This document shows positions 45,463 through 55,319 of a stretch of 64,000 bases of DNA, one piece after another (within the stretch, counting starts at the first letter, position 1; every line of letters begins with the position of its first letter). Origin of the DNA: Bacilli bacterium (GTDB taxonomy: Bacteria > Bacillota_I > Bacilli_A > RFN20 > CAG-826); NCBI GenBank assembly GCA_017470115.1, contig JAFUEZ010000008.1, positions 104 to 64,103 of the forward strand. Reading direction: 5' to 3'. Under the pieces are notes generated by a model that had not been told where the DNA came from, ran no database searches, and saw only the letters and a list, made by a program, of their open reading frames with translations. The position numbers were made by a program, and so were the translations under genes.

Positions 45463-46317
45463 ATGAAAAGAGAAGATTTACCATTCTTTGTGGATTTAAA
45501 AGGAAAAGTAGTTGTTATTACTGGAGCGGGCGGTGTAATTTGTTCTGAACTCGCAAAAGCAATTGGTCTTTGTGGAGCTAAAGTTGCTTACGTTGATTGG
45601 AATTTAGAAGCAGCTCAAGCAAAAGCAGCTGAGGCTACAAAACTTGGATGTCGTTGTGAAGCATTTAAATGTAATGTTTTAAGCAAAGAAGATTTAGCTG
45701 AATGCCATAAACAAATTTATGAAAAATTAGGTAGAGTTGATATCTTGATTAATGGTGCTGGTGGAAATTCACCAAAAGCAACTACAACCGATGAATATTT
45801 GGGTGAAAAAGTTGGAGAAGATGTTATTGATTTCTTCGGATTAAAAGAAGAAGGCGTTCAATGGGTTTTCAATCTTAACTTCCTTGGCACATTCTTAACA
45901 ACACAAGAATTTGCTAAAGATATGTTAAATAGAAGAGGTTGTTCGATTTTGAATATTTCAAGTATGAACGCATTTACTCCATTAACTAAGATCCCTGCAT
46001 ATAGTGCTGCAAAAGCCGGTATTACTAATTTCACACAATGGTTAGCAGTTTATTTTGCTAAAGCCGAAATTAGAGTTAATGCAATTGCTCCTGGCTTCTT
46101 TGCTACAAAACAAAATAGAGAATTATTATTTAATAAAGATGGTTCACCAACAGCTAGAACTGGAAAAATCTTAGCAGCTACACCAATGAATAGATTTGGT
46201 GAAGTTAGTGAATTAATTGGTGCAACACTCTTCTTACTCGATGAGAGAGGAGCAGGATTTATAACTGGTGTTACACTTCCAATCGATGGTGGATTCTCAT
46301 CATATTCAGGAGTCTAA
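45463..46317 (+). CDS. uxuB: SDR-family D-mannonate oxidoreductase
   Basis: TGAGGVIC cofactor motif. YSAAK catalytic motif. Sits in the uxu operon. Confidence 0.7.
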   Translation: MKREDLPFFVDLKGKVVVITGAGGVICSELAKAIGLCGAKVAYVDWNLEAAQAKAAEATKLGCRCEAFKCNVLSKEDLAECHKQIYEKLGRVDILINGAGGNSPKATTTDEYLGEKVGEDVIDFFGLKEEGVQWVFNLNFLGTFLTTQEFAKDMLNRRGCSILNISSMNAFTPLTKIPAYSAAKAGITNFTQWLAVYFAKAEIRVNAIAPGFFATKQNRELLFNKDGSPTARTGKILAATPMNRFGEVSELIGATLFLLDERGAGFITGVTLPIDGGFSSYSGV

Positions 46318-47733
46318 TTGATGAAAGAATTTTTAGGAAATGATTTCTTATTAGATAATGAAATAGCAGTGAAATTGTACAAAAACGCTGCAGAAACCGC
46401 ACCAATTTTTGATTTTCACTGTCATTTATCTCCTGAAGAAATCTATAAAGATAAACATTTTGAAACTATTACCGAGGCTTGGTTAGGTAGAAATCTTGCT
46501 GGTGATCATTATAAATGGAGATTAATGAGAGAAGCAGGAATTGATGAAAAATTCATCACTGGTTCGGCTAGTGATTTTGAAAAATTTGAAAAATTTGCTG
46601 AAGTCATGCCTCTATTTATAGGTAATCCAATTTATGAATGGGCTCATCTTGAACTCAAGAGATTTTTTGGTGTTAACGAACCTTTAAATAAGGAAAACGC
46701 CAAAAAGATTTATGAAATTTGTAATGAAAGATTAAAAACATTATCAGCTAGAGAAATGTTAAGACAAATGAACGTTAAAATTGTCTTTACAACAGATGAT
46801 TTGGTTGATGATTTGAGATTCCATGAACTAATGGCACAAGATAAAACAATGCCATTTGAAGTATTTCCATGCATTAGACCTGATGGTGTTTTAAAAATTG
46901 ATGATGGTAATTTTGCTTCTTATATTGATAGATTATCTGGTGTTGTTGGCTATAAAATTGATTCAGTAAAACTATTAGAAAAAGCAATTCATGAACGTTT
47001 AGATTATCTTGAAGCACATGGTTGTAGAGCTTCAGATCACGATATTGTTTTTACTGATTTTATAAAAAAAGATGCTGATTCTGTAGACTTAATTCTCAAA
47101 AAGAGACTAAATGGCAAGGAAATAAGTTTTGAAGAATTAGTAATTTATAGATCATATTTCTTAGTATTTTTAGGAAGAGAATATGCAAGACGTGGATGGG
47201 TAAATCAATATCACATTGGTGTTTTACGTAATGCAAACGCTAGACTCTTTAAGAATTTAGGAAGAGATACTGGTATTGATTGTGGTAATGATAGAGAAGT
47301 TGTTAAAGGTTTAGCTTCACTTATGTCTGAACTAGAAACAACTAATGAACTTCCTAGAACTATAATTTATGTTATTAATGAAAAAGATTATGGAGCAGTT
47401 GCTACTTTAATCAATTCATTCAATGATGGTTCAATTAAAGGAAAAGTTCAACTTGGTTCTGCTTGGTGGTTCAATGATCACTATGATGGAATGACACGTC
47501 AACTTAAAACTTTAGGAAATAATGGATTGTTATCGTGCTTTGTTGGCATGGTTACTGATTCAAGAAGTTTCTTAAGTTATGTTAGACACGAGTATTTTAG
47601 AAGAACTTTATGTAATGTTATTTCAGGATATGTCATTTCAGGAAGATATCCTAATGATGAAAAAACTTTAGAAAAAATCGTTAGAGATATTTGCTATGAC
47701 AATTCTTATGAATATTTCTTTAAGAGAGGTTAA
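46318..47733 (+). CDS. uxaC: Glucuronate isomerase
   Basis: PIFDFHCHL, GDHYKWRLMR and SRSFLSYVRHEYFRR match UxaC along its length. Confidence 0.9.
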   Translation: MMKEFLGNDFLLDNEIAVKLYKNAAETAPIFDFHCHLSPEEIYKDKHFETITEAWLGRNLAGDHYKWRLMREAGIDEKFITGSASDFEKFEKFAEVMPLFIGNPIYEWAHLELKRFFGVNEPLNKENAKKIYEICNERLKTLSAREMLRQMNVKIVFTTDDLVDDLRFHELMAQDKTMPFEVFPCIRPDGVLKIDDGNFASYIDRLSGVVGYKIDSVKLLEKAIHERLDYLEAHGCRASDHDIVFTDFIKKDADSVDLILKKRLNGKEISFEELVIYRSYFLVFLGREYARRGWVNQYHIGVLRNANARLFKNLGRDTGIDCGNDREVVKGLASLMSELETTNELPRTIIYVINEKDYGAVATLINSFNDGSIKGKVQLGSAWWFNDHYDGMTRQLKTLGNNGLLSCFVGMVTDSRSFLSYVRHEYFRRTLCNVISGYVISGRYPNDEKTLEKIVRDICYDNSYEYFFKRG

Positions 47734-47738
47734 TAAAA

Positions 47739-48380
47739 ATGAAATCAGATGTAGTTAAAGAATTATTAGATTGTGGTGTATTTGCTGTTATTAGGGCAAA
47801 TTCAGTCGAAGAAGCACGCAAATTATCAGTTGCTGCTAGTGATGGCGGAATTAAAGGACTTGAAGTTACTTTAACTGTTCCAGGTGCTTTAGAGGTTATC
47901 GAATCACTTGCAAAAGAAAAAACAGATAAATTCATTGTTGGTGCTGGAACAGTTTTAGATGCAGCAACAGCAAGAATGGCTATTTTAAAAGGCGCTAAAT
48001 TCATTGTTGCTCCAAATTTTGATAAAGAAACATGTGAAATGTGCAATCTTTATGGAGTTCCATATGTCGCAGGTTGCTTTACAATTACAGAAATGGTTAA
48101 CGCACTTAAGGCTGGCGTTGAAATCATTAAAGTATTCCCAGGTAGTGCAGTTGAACCAAAATTCTTAAAAGCAATTCATGGACCATTACCTCAAGCAAAT
48201 GTCATGCCAACAGGTGGTGTTAATCTTGATAATGTTAAAGAATGGATTAAATGTGGTGCAGTTGCTGTTGGAACAGGAAGTGATTTAACTGCTCCTGCAA
48301 AAACTGGTGATTATGCAGCCGTTACAGCTAAAGCAAAAGAATTTGTTAGATTAGTTAAAGAAGCTAGAGAAGGTAAATAA
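47739..48380 (+). CDS. eda: KDPG / KHG aldolase
   Basis: VFAVIRA...GLEVTLTVP Eda pattern. 213 aa. Confidence 0.8.
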   Translation: MKSDVVKELLDCGVFAVIRANSVEEARKLSVAASDGGIKGLEVTLTVPGALEVIESLAKEKTDKFIVGAGTVLDAATARMAILKGAKFIVAPNFDKETCEMCNLYGVPYVAGCFTITEMVNALKAGVEIIKVFPGSAVEPKFLKAIHGPLPQANVMPTGGVNLDNVKEWIKCGAVAVGTGSDLTAPAKTGDYAAVTAKAKEFVRLVKEAREGK

Positions 48381-48381
48381 A

Positions 48382-49398
48382 ATGAAAATTGTTACTTTTG
48401 GTGAAATCATGTTAAGACTTTCTACCCCAGGGTATGAAAGATTTGTTCAATCAAAATCATTTGATGTAAATTATGGTGGTGGTGAGGCAAATGTTGCTAT
48501 ATCACTTGCAAATTATGGAATGAACGCCGCTTTTGTTTCAAAAATTCCTGATAATGATATTGGTCAATCAGCAATTAATTCACTTAGAGAATTTGGTGTT
48601 GATACATCTATGATTGTTAGAGGTGGAGAACGTTTAGGAATTTATTATCTTGAAACCGGTGATTCAATGAGACCAAGTAAAGTCATTTATGATAGAAAAT
48701 ATTCGTCAATTTCAGAAGCTGAAGAAGACGAATTTGATTGGGAAAAGATTTTTGATGGTGCTGATTGGTTCCATGTTTCTGGAATTACTCCAGCTTTATC
48801 ACTTAAAACAAGAAAATTAACCGCAACAGCTTTAAAAGAAGCTAAAAAAAGAGGTGTCACAACTTCCTTTGACTTAAATTTCCGTAGTAAACTTTGGACA
48901 AAAGCTGAAGCTCAAGCATGTTTAATTCCTTTAATGCAATATGTTGATTATTGTATTGGAAATGAAGAAGACGCCGAGGCTTGCTTAGGATTCAAGAGTG
49001 GAAGCGATGTCAATAGTGGCAAGTTAGATAAAAAGGGTTATGAAGTTATGCTTGCTAACCTTTGTAAAGAGTTTGGCTTCAAAGGTGCAATCACATCTTT
49101 AAGAGAATCAATCTCTGCTAATGATAACGGTTGGAGTGGAATGATGGTTGCTGAAGGAAAAGCATATTCTTCTAAGCACTACGATATTAGAATCGTTGAT
49201 AGAGTTGGCGGAGGCGATTCATTTGCAGCTGGCTTAATCTATGGAATTTTAAATTATAAAGATTATCAAAAAGCAATTGAATATGCAGTTGCAGCAAGCG
49301 CTCTTAAACATACAATTCCAGGTGATTTCAATCATGTTTCAGTTAAAGAAGTTGAAACATTGATGAACGGATCTGGTAACGGAAGAGTCCAAAGATAG
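48382..49398 (+). CDS. kdgK: 2-dehydro-3-deoxygluconokinase (PfkB family)
   Basis: FGEIMLRLS N-terminus. GGGDSFAAG motif. Operon context. Confidence 0.8.
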   Translation: MKIVTFGEIMLRLSTPGYERFVQSKSFDVNYGGGEANVAISLANYGMNAAFVSKIPDNDIGQSAINSLREFGVDTSMIVRGGERLGIYYLETGDSMRPSKVIYDRKYSSISEAEEDEFDWEKIFDGADWFHVSGITPALSLKTRKLTATALKEAKKRGVTTSFDLNFRSKLWTKAEAQACLIPLMQYVDYCIGNEEDAEACLGFKSGSDVNSGKLDKKGYEVMLANLCKEFGFKGAITSLRESISANDNGWSGMMVAEGKAYSSKHYDIRIVDRVGGGDSFAAGLIYGILNYKDYQKAIEYAVAASALKHTIPGDFNHVSVKEVETLMNGSGNGRVQR

Positions 49399-49412
49399 TT
49401 ACATCATTATAT

Positions 49413-49436
49413 ATATTAAGAAGGCAGTTTGAACTG
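49413..49436 (+). terminator. Intrinsic terminator
   Basis: GGCAGTT-tga-AACTGCC followed by TTTTTTG. Confidence 0.8.
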
Positions 49437-49739
49437 CCTTTTTTGTTTGGAGTTAAGCAAATTTTTATTAAAAACCATGCAAAACTCAAATATTTTCTAA
49501 AATTTCTATTGAATTTGCCCATTATTTAGTTTATTATTTAATCAAGGAAATTGATGCTAAGATTATTAGCAAAATGCATGAAATTACATAGGTGAATTAT
49601 TAATAATCAATTTTTTGATATGAAATTAGGTTTTTATATTTTGAGAAAGATTTTTAAGTAATATAATTAAAAATGATATTTTTAATTTATTGAAGTTTAA
49701 GATTCATTATAACTACGTATATAAAAGGAGGAGTCAAAC

Positions 49740-50939
49740 ATGGAAATTGCTATACTTGCTTTACTTATTGCTTGCGTTATCGGCTTAGTTATACTTATTA
49801 TTTTATCTTTTAAGAAAAAGGAAAACGTTTCAGCTCCTCAAGACTATTCAAAAGATATTGAGCTGCTCAAGGCTAAAACTGAAAGTCAAGTTAATGAAAT
49901 TGGTAAATCTTTAAGGGATGATATCTCCAAATTAAAAGATGAAGTCAATCATCAAATGGATGATATTAATGCGAAGTTTGCTAACTTTAAAGAAGGATCA
50001 TCAAAATCAATTGCTGATTCATATACAAAACTTTTAGATTCTGTTGATAATAGACTCGGTGAAATTAATAAAAAGTTAGAAGAAAAATTATCTAAAGGAT
50101 TTGAAAATAATGTTTCAAGCTTGAAAGAAGTTAGTGAAGCGTTAGGTAAAATTACTCAAGCTCAAGCAAACTTAGATAATTTAAATGAAAGTGTTAATGC
50201 TTTAAATAATGTATTAAATAATTCTCAACAAAGAGGAAGATTTGGTGAAGTTGTTCTTGAAGGCATACTTCATGATGTTTTTGGCGATGTTCATGGATGT
50301 TATGACACACAATACGAATTAAAGAATAAAGATGAAAAAGTACGACCAGATGCAGTAATTTTCCTTCCTGAACCAGATAAATTATTATGTATTGACTCTA
50401 AATTTTCATTTGAACCTTATCTTAAAATTTTTGATGAAAACACTCCAAAAAGTGAGCGTGATATAGCCAAAAAAGAACTTAAAGGAGCTTTAGTTAGCCA
50501 AGTTAATAAGATTGCTCACGACTATATAATAAAGGATGAAACAAGTAGATATGCTCTTATGTTTATTCCTAATGATGGTTTTTATGCTTTCATTCAAAAT
50601 GATGATGAACTTTATGAAGCTGTAATCACGCTTGCTAGAAAGAAGAACGTTGTAATCTGCTCACCATCAACGCTTCAACCAATAGTTGCTAACTTACAAG
50701 CTTTAAAAATTAACTTCGAAATTTCTAAAAATATCGGAAATATTATTAAAGAGATCAATATACTTGGTGAAGAGTTCGCTAGATTTGCAGATAGATGGAC
50801 TAAACTTGATAACCAATACGAAACCGCTAATAAAACTAGAAAAGAACTTAATACCACGATTGATAAGATTACAAGAAAATCTAACGATATTGTAAATGAA
50901 GCAGCAAAGAAAAAACTTATTGAGGAAGTAGAAGAGTAA
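49740..50939 (+). CDS. rmuC: DNA recombination protein RmuC
   Basis: N-terminal transmembrane helix. Long coiled coil. C-terminal RmuC nuclease-like region PDAVIFLPEPDKLLCIDSKF. RBS AAAGGAGGAG. Confidence 0.8.
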   Translation: MEIAILALLIACVIGLVILIILSFKKKENVSAPQDYSKDIELLKAKTESQVNEIGKSLRDDISKLKDEVNHQMDDINAKFANFKEGSSKSIADSYTKLLDSVDNRLGEINKKLEEKLSKGFENNVSSLKEVSEALGKITQAQANLDNLNESVNALNNVLNNSQQRGRFGEVVLEGILHDVFGDVHGCYDTQYELKNKDEKVRPDAVIFLPEPDKLLCIDSKFSFEPYLKIFDENTPKSERDIAKKELKGALVSQVNKIAHDYIIKDETSRYALMFIPNDGFYAFIQNDDELYEAVITLARKKNVVICSPSTLQPIVANLQALKINFEISKNIGNIIKEINILGEEFARFADRWTKLDNQYETANKTRKELNTTIDKITRKSNDIVNEAAKKKLIEEVEE

Positions 50940-50956
50940 TTTTAGGAGGGATCTAT

Positions 50957-52093
50957 ATGAATGTAATTTATTTCCAATCTGGTGGGCCAACTGCAGTAAT
51001 TAATTCTTCGCTTTTTGGAGTAATTTCCAAGTTTCAATCGACTCCAGAAATTGATAAGTTGTATTGCTCAAGATTTGGAATTGAAGGTATTTTAAATGAT
51101 GAGTTAATTGAGATTGAAAGAAATAAAGATTATTCATTTTTAAAAACTCTTCCAGGATCATATACAGGTAGTGCTAGATTAAAATTGAGTAGTGATTTTA
51201 ATGATGAAAAATATAACAAAATCCTTGCGACAGTTAATAAATATAAAATAGATGTAATCATTGTAAATGGCGGTAATGATTCCATGGATACCGGGATGAA
51301 ATTATCAAACTTTTTTAAGGCAAAGAATCTTAATGTTAAAGTATTTGGTATTCCAAAAACTATCGATAATGATCTAGCAAATTGTGATTTTACTCCAGGG
51401 TTTGGGTCGGCTTTAAATTATATTGTTCAATCAGTGATTGATACAAGACTTGATATGAACTCTTATAAAAAAGGAAGAGTAGTAATAGTTGAAGCTATGG
51501 GAAGAAATGCAGGATGGCTTGCAGCTTCATCAATTGTTGCTAAAAAATTTGATCTTGGACCAGATTTAATTTACGTTTCTGAAATCCCATTTAATAAAGA
51601 AAAATTTCTTAAAGACGTCAAAAAGATTTATGAAAGTAAAGGCAGTGCCTTAATTGTTACTTCTGAGTATTTAGAAGATGAAAACGGCAAATTCATCGCT
51701 GAAGCAGATAAACAAGATGTTTTTGGTCACATTCAACTTGATGGTTCTTTAAGTGAATTTTTAGCTAAAGAAGTTGAGCGTGAACTAGGCTTTAACACAA
51801 GATATATCGTCTTAAATACACTTCAAAGATCTTCAACAAAATGCATATCTTCTTTTGATTCTGATGTTGCTAGTAAGTGTGGCGAACTTGCATTATCTAG
51901 CGCACTTGAAGGAAAGAAAAACGGAACAATCAGCATTAAACTATCAAAAGATTTTAAAGTAAGTTATGTTTTAGAAGATTTTGAAAAAGCAGCGAATTGG
52001 GTTAGAAAAATGCCTCCTTCATTTATTAACGATGATAAAAATTTCATTACTGATGAAGGCTTAAAATATTTTGAATTCTTTTATAATAAATAG
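50957..52093 (+). CDS. pfp: 6-phosphofructokinase, predicted PPi-dependent
   Basis: PFK family: GGNDS in place of GGDGS, PKTIDNDL, MGRNAG. Asp at position 104 and Lys at position 124 (E. coli PfkA numbering) are the PPi-specificity signature. Confidence 0.75.
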   Translation: MNVIYFQSGGPTAVINSSLFGVISKFQSTPEIDKLYCSRFGIEGILNDELIEIERNKDYSFLKTLPGSYTGSARLKLSSDFNDEKYNKILATVNKYKIDVIIVNGGNDSMDTGMKLSNFFKAKNLNVKVFGIPKTIDNDLANCDFTPGFGSALNYIVQSVIDTRLDMNSYKKGRVVIVEAMGRNAGWLAASSIVAKKFDLGPDLIYVSEIPFNKEKFLKDVKKIYESKGSALIVTSEYLEDENGKFIAEADKQDVFGHIQLDGSLSEFLAKEVERELGFNTRYIVLNTLQRSSTKCISSFDSDVASKCGELALSSALEGKKNGTISIKLSKDFKVSYVLEDFEKAANWVRKMPPSFINDDKNFITDEGLKYFEFFYNK

Positions 52094-52131
52094 GAAATAA
52101 ATTCAAAAACACTGCAGAAAGGGCATATTTT

Positions 52132-52491
52132 ATGAGATATTGTTTTTATGATCGAAATGGAAGAGCATGTTTCTACGCAATCGATAATGGAGATATATAT
52201 TCATTTGATGGGAGTCCACTTGGCTATATTTATCAAGATAAAATTTATTCAATTGATGGCTATCTCCTTGGATTTTTAGAAAAAGGTTGGATTGTCGATA
52301 AGCGTGGCTATCCAGCTTATTTTGAAGAAAACTCAGGAAATATTGGACTTGTTAAGCCTATTAAACACATAAAATCTATACCTAGCGTTAGACATATTTT
52401 CCCTGTTAAAGGTATTAGAAAAGTTCCATCAATTAAACCGGTAACAAAGTTAAGCTGGTCAGATTGTGAAGGCACTGATTTATTTGATTAA
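52132..52491 (+). CDS. Small protein with four tandem Y-x-x-D/N-G-x-x-x-G-Y/F repeats (4-fold beta-flower-like), unknown function
   Basis: Repeats FYDRNGRACFY, IYSFDGSPLGY, IYSIDGYLLGF and IVDKRGYPAYF were read directly in the translation. Confidence 0.45.
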   Translation: MRYCFYDRNGRACFYAIDNGDIYSFDGSPLGYIYQDKIYSIDGYLLGFLEKGWIVDKRGYPAYFEENSGNIGLVKPIKHIKSIPSVRHIFPVKGIRKVPSIKPVTKLSWSDCEGTDLFD

Positions 52492-52565
52492 GTTAAATTT
52501 TATTGATTAATAAAAGTGATTTATGAAAAGTATTAGTTTATAATACTTTTAAAGGAGTTTTTCTT

Positions 52566-53588
52566 ATGGCAAAATTTTTGGTTACAGGTGGGGCTGGTTT
52601 TATTGGAGGTAATTTCCTTCATATAATGGTTAATAAATATCCAGAGGATCAATATGTGTGTATTGATGCTCTTACTTATGCAGGAAATATGGAAACACTT
52701 GCGCCAATCATGAATAAACCAAACTTTAAATTTGTTCATGAAAATATTTGTAACCGAGAAGCAGTTTATAAATTATTCGAAGAAGAAAAGTTTGATTATG
52801 TTATTAATTTTGCTGCTGAGAGTCATGTAGATAGATCAATAGAGAATCCTGAAATATTTTTAAAAACAAACATTTTGGGAACTCAAGTTTTAATGGATGC
52901 TTGTAGAAAATATGGTATTAAGAGATACCATCAAGTTTCAACAGATGAAGTATATGGTGATTTACCACTTGATAGACCTGATTTATTCTTCCATGAAGAT
53001 ACTCCAATTCACACATCATCACCATATAGCGCATCAAAAGCAAGTGCAGATTTACTTGTTTTAGCTTATCATAGAACATTTAAATTGCCTGTTACTATTT
53101 CTAGATGCTCAAATAATTATGGCCCATATCATTTTCCAGAAAAATTGATCCCATTAATGATTCAAAAAGCTTTACGTGATGAACCTTTACCAGTTTATGG
53201 AAAAGGTGAAAACGTTAGAGATTGGCTTTATGTTGGAGATCATTGCACAGCTATTGATTTAATAGTTAGAAATGGAAAAGACGGAGAAGTCTATAACATT
53301 GGTGGCCATAACGAAAGAACAAATTTAGAAGTAGTCAAAACAATTTTAAAAGCTCTTAACAAGCCAGAAAGTCTCATCACTTACGTAAAAGATAGACCTG
53401 GTCATGATTTAAGATATGCTATGGACCCTACAAAAATTGAGACAGAATTAGGGTGGAAACCTGAACATAATTTTGATACTGGAATTCAAGCAACAATTAA
53501 ATGGAATTTAGAGAATCAAAAGCGGCTAAAAAATGTTGAATCTGGTGAATATATGAACTGGATAGATAAAAATTATAACAAGAGATAA
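52566..53588 (+). CDS. rmlB: dTDP-glucose 4,6-dehydratase
   Basis: VTGGAGFIGGNF Rossmann motif. YSASKASAD catalytic YxxxK. Length 340 aa. Confidence 0.9.
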   Translation: MAKFLVTGGAGFIGGNFLHIMVNKYPEDQYVCIDALTYAGNMETLAPIMNKPNFKFVHENICNREAVYKLFEEEKFDYVINFAAESHVDRSIENPEIFLKTNILGTQVLMDACRKYGIKRYHQVSTDEVYGDLPLDRPDLFFHEDTPIHTSSPYSASKASADLLVLAYHRTFKLPVTISRCSNNYGPYHFPEKLIPLMIQKALRDEPLPVYGKGENVRDWLYVGDHCTAIDLIVRNGKDGEVYNIGGHNERTNLEVVKTILKALNKPESLITYVKDRPGHDLRYAMDPTKIETELGWKPEHNFDTGIQATIKWNLENQKRLKNVESGEYMNWIDKNYNKR

Positions 53589-53612
53589 AGGCAAAACCTA
53601 AAAGTAGTAGTT

Positions 53613-54293
53613 ATGGAAAACGAAAAACTAATTCAACTAATTGAAACTATTCAAAAACGTAAAGAGTTTAAACTCCCTGATTATAGTGAACTTCCACGTA
53701 TTCCTTTATATATGGAACAAGTCACGAATTATATTAAGGATTGTTTAGGCCCGGTTTATTCAAATCAATCAAACCAAATTATTACCCATTATATGGTTAA
53801 TAATTACGTTAAAGCTAAAATTATTGAGCCTCCAAAGGATAAAAAATACGATATTAATCACATCGGTTATTTAATTTGTATATCACTTCTTAAAAATAGT
53901 GCTAACTTAAGAAATATTGCCGCATTAATTGACATGGATAAATATTTCCCTGGAGATGAAGAAGCACTTTATAGCCTTTTTAAAGAAATCCAAGAAAATG
54001 AGATGAAGGAAGAATTTGAAATGGTTGAAAAACGTCTTTCTTATATTAGAAGGAAATATGAAAGCACTGTTAATGAAGATGAAAAAGAAAAAGGTTTCTA
54101 TGCTCGACTTGCAAATTTAATTTTAAGATTATATGTAAAAAGTGAAGTATCAAAAGCAATCGCAGATTCCATTATGGATAGTGTGGTTCAAGAAATGCTT
54201 CCAAGTGCAGTCTTAAAAGAGAACAATGCTGTTGAAAAGAAATTCGAAGAACAAAAAATGAAAGAAGAAGCTAAAAAGCTTAAATCAAGATAG
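53613..54293 (+). CDS. Hypothetical cytoplasmic protein with C-terminal coiled coil (possibly DUF1836-like)
   Basis: LPRIPLYMEQVTNYIKD...MVNNYVKAKII N-terminal block. Charged, coiled-coil-like C-terminus. Sits between rmlB and galE. Confidence 0.35.
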   Translation: MENEKLIQLIETIQKRKEFKLPDYSELPRIPLYMEQVTNYIKDCLGPVYSNQSNQIITHYMVNNYVKAKIIEPPKDKKYDINHIGYLICISLLKNSANLRNIAALIDMDKYFPGDEEALYSLFKEIQENEMKEEFEMVEKRLSYIRRKYESTVNEDEKEKGFYARLANLILRLYVKSEVSKAIADSIMDSVVQEMLPSAVLKENNAVEKKFEEQKMKEEAKKLKSR

Positions 54294-54302
54294 GAGTTGT
54301 TT

Positions 54303-55319
54303 ATGAAAGTACTTGTTACAGGTGGTTTAGGATTTATTGGATCACACACAGTTGTAAAATTAATTGAGAATAAATTTGATGTAGTTATCATTGATAATTT
54401 ATTCAATTCAAAGCTCGTTGTTTTAGACAGAATTGAAAAAATAACTGGAATTAGGCCGGTTTTTTATCAATTTGATGTTCAAAACAAAGAGAAATTAAGA
54501 GAAGTTTTCATTAAAGAAAAGCCTGAAGCAATTATTCATTTTGCAGGATATAAGGCTGTTGGAGAAAGCGTCGCTAAACCTCTTATGTACTATCAGAATA
54601 ATTTGGAATCGACCTTTGCTTTACTTGATTGCATGGCTGAATTTAATGTTAAAAATTTAGTTTTTTCATCAAGTGCCACAGTTTATGGTTTACCAGATAA
54701 AGTTCCTCTAACTGAAGATTCACCTGTTAAATCAGCAACATCTCCATATGGAGAAACAAAAGTTATGATTGAAAGAATCTTAACTGATATTTGTGCTGTA
54801 AATAAGGATTATAACGTTGCTTTACTTAGATACTTTAATCCTATTGGAGCACATAAATCTGGATTGCTTGGAGAAGATCCAAACGGAATTCCAAATAATT
54901 TACTCCCATATATAAATAGAGTTGCTACAGGTCAATTGAAAGAGCTTAATGTTTTTGGTGATGATTATGATACTCCAGATGGAACTGGCGTAAGAGATTA
55001 TATCCATGTTGTTGATCTTGCAGAAGGTCATGTTTTAGCACTTAAAAAATTAGCTACAAATTCTGGTTTAGTAATTTATAACCTTGGAACAGGTAAAGGA
55101 ACCAGTGTTTTAGAAGTAGTTCATGCTTATGAAAAAGCTACTGGCATCAAAATCCCATATATAATAAAAGAAAGAAGACCAGGTGATGTTCCTGAAAATT
55201 ATGCTGGTACTGATAAAGCAAGAAAAGAATTAGGATTTAAGTGCAAATTTAATGTTGAAGATGCCTGCTTAGATGGTTATAACTTCCAAAAAGCCGAAAA
55301 CGAAAGAAACGGAAAATAA
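54303..55319 (+). CDS. galE: UDP-glucose 4-epimerase
   Basis: VTGGLGFIGSH Rossmann motif. YGETKVMIE catalytic YxxxK. The ATG at 54303 has AGGAG upstream. Confidence 0.85.
   Translation: MKVLVTGGLGFIGSHTVVKLIENKFDVVIIDNLFNSKLVVLDRIEKITGIRPVFYQFDVQNKEKLREVFIKEKPEAIIHFAGYKAVGESVAKPLMYYQNNLESTFALLDCMAEFNVKNLVFSSSATVYGLPDKVPLTEDSPVKSATSPYGETKVMIERILTDICAVNKDYNVALLRYFNPIGAHKSGLLGEDPNGIPNNLLPYINRVATGQLKELNVFGDDYDTPDGTGVRDYIHVVDLAEGHVLALKKLATNSGLVIYNLGTGKGTSVLEVVHAYEKATGIKIPYIIKERRPGDVPENYAGTDKARKELGFKCKFNVEDACLDGYNFQKAENERNGK

Noticed and set aside
52527-52549. AT-rich hairpin AAAGTATTA-gttta-TAATACTTT upstream of rmlB as a terminator
   Set aside because: The stem is entirely A/T with no following T-run beyond the stem itself. 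It is too weak to call.
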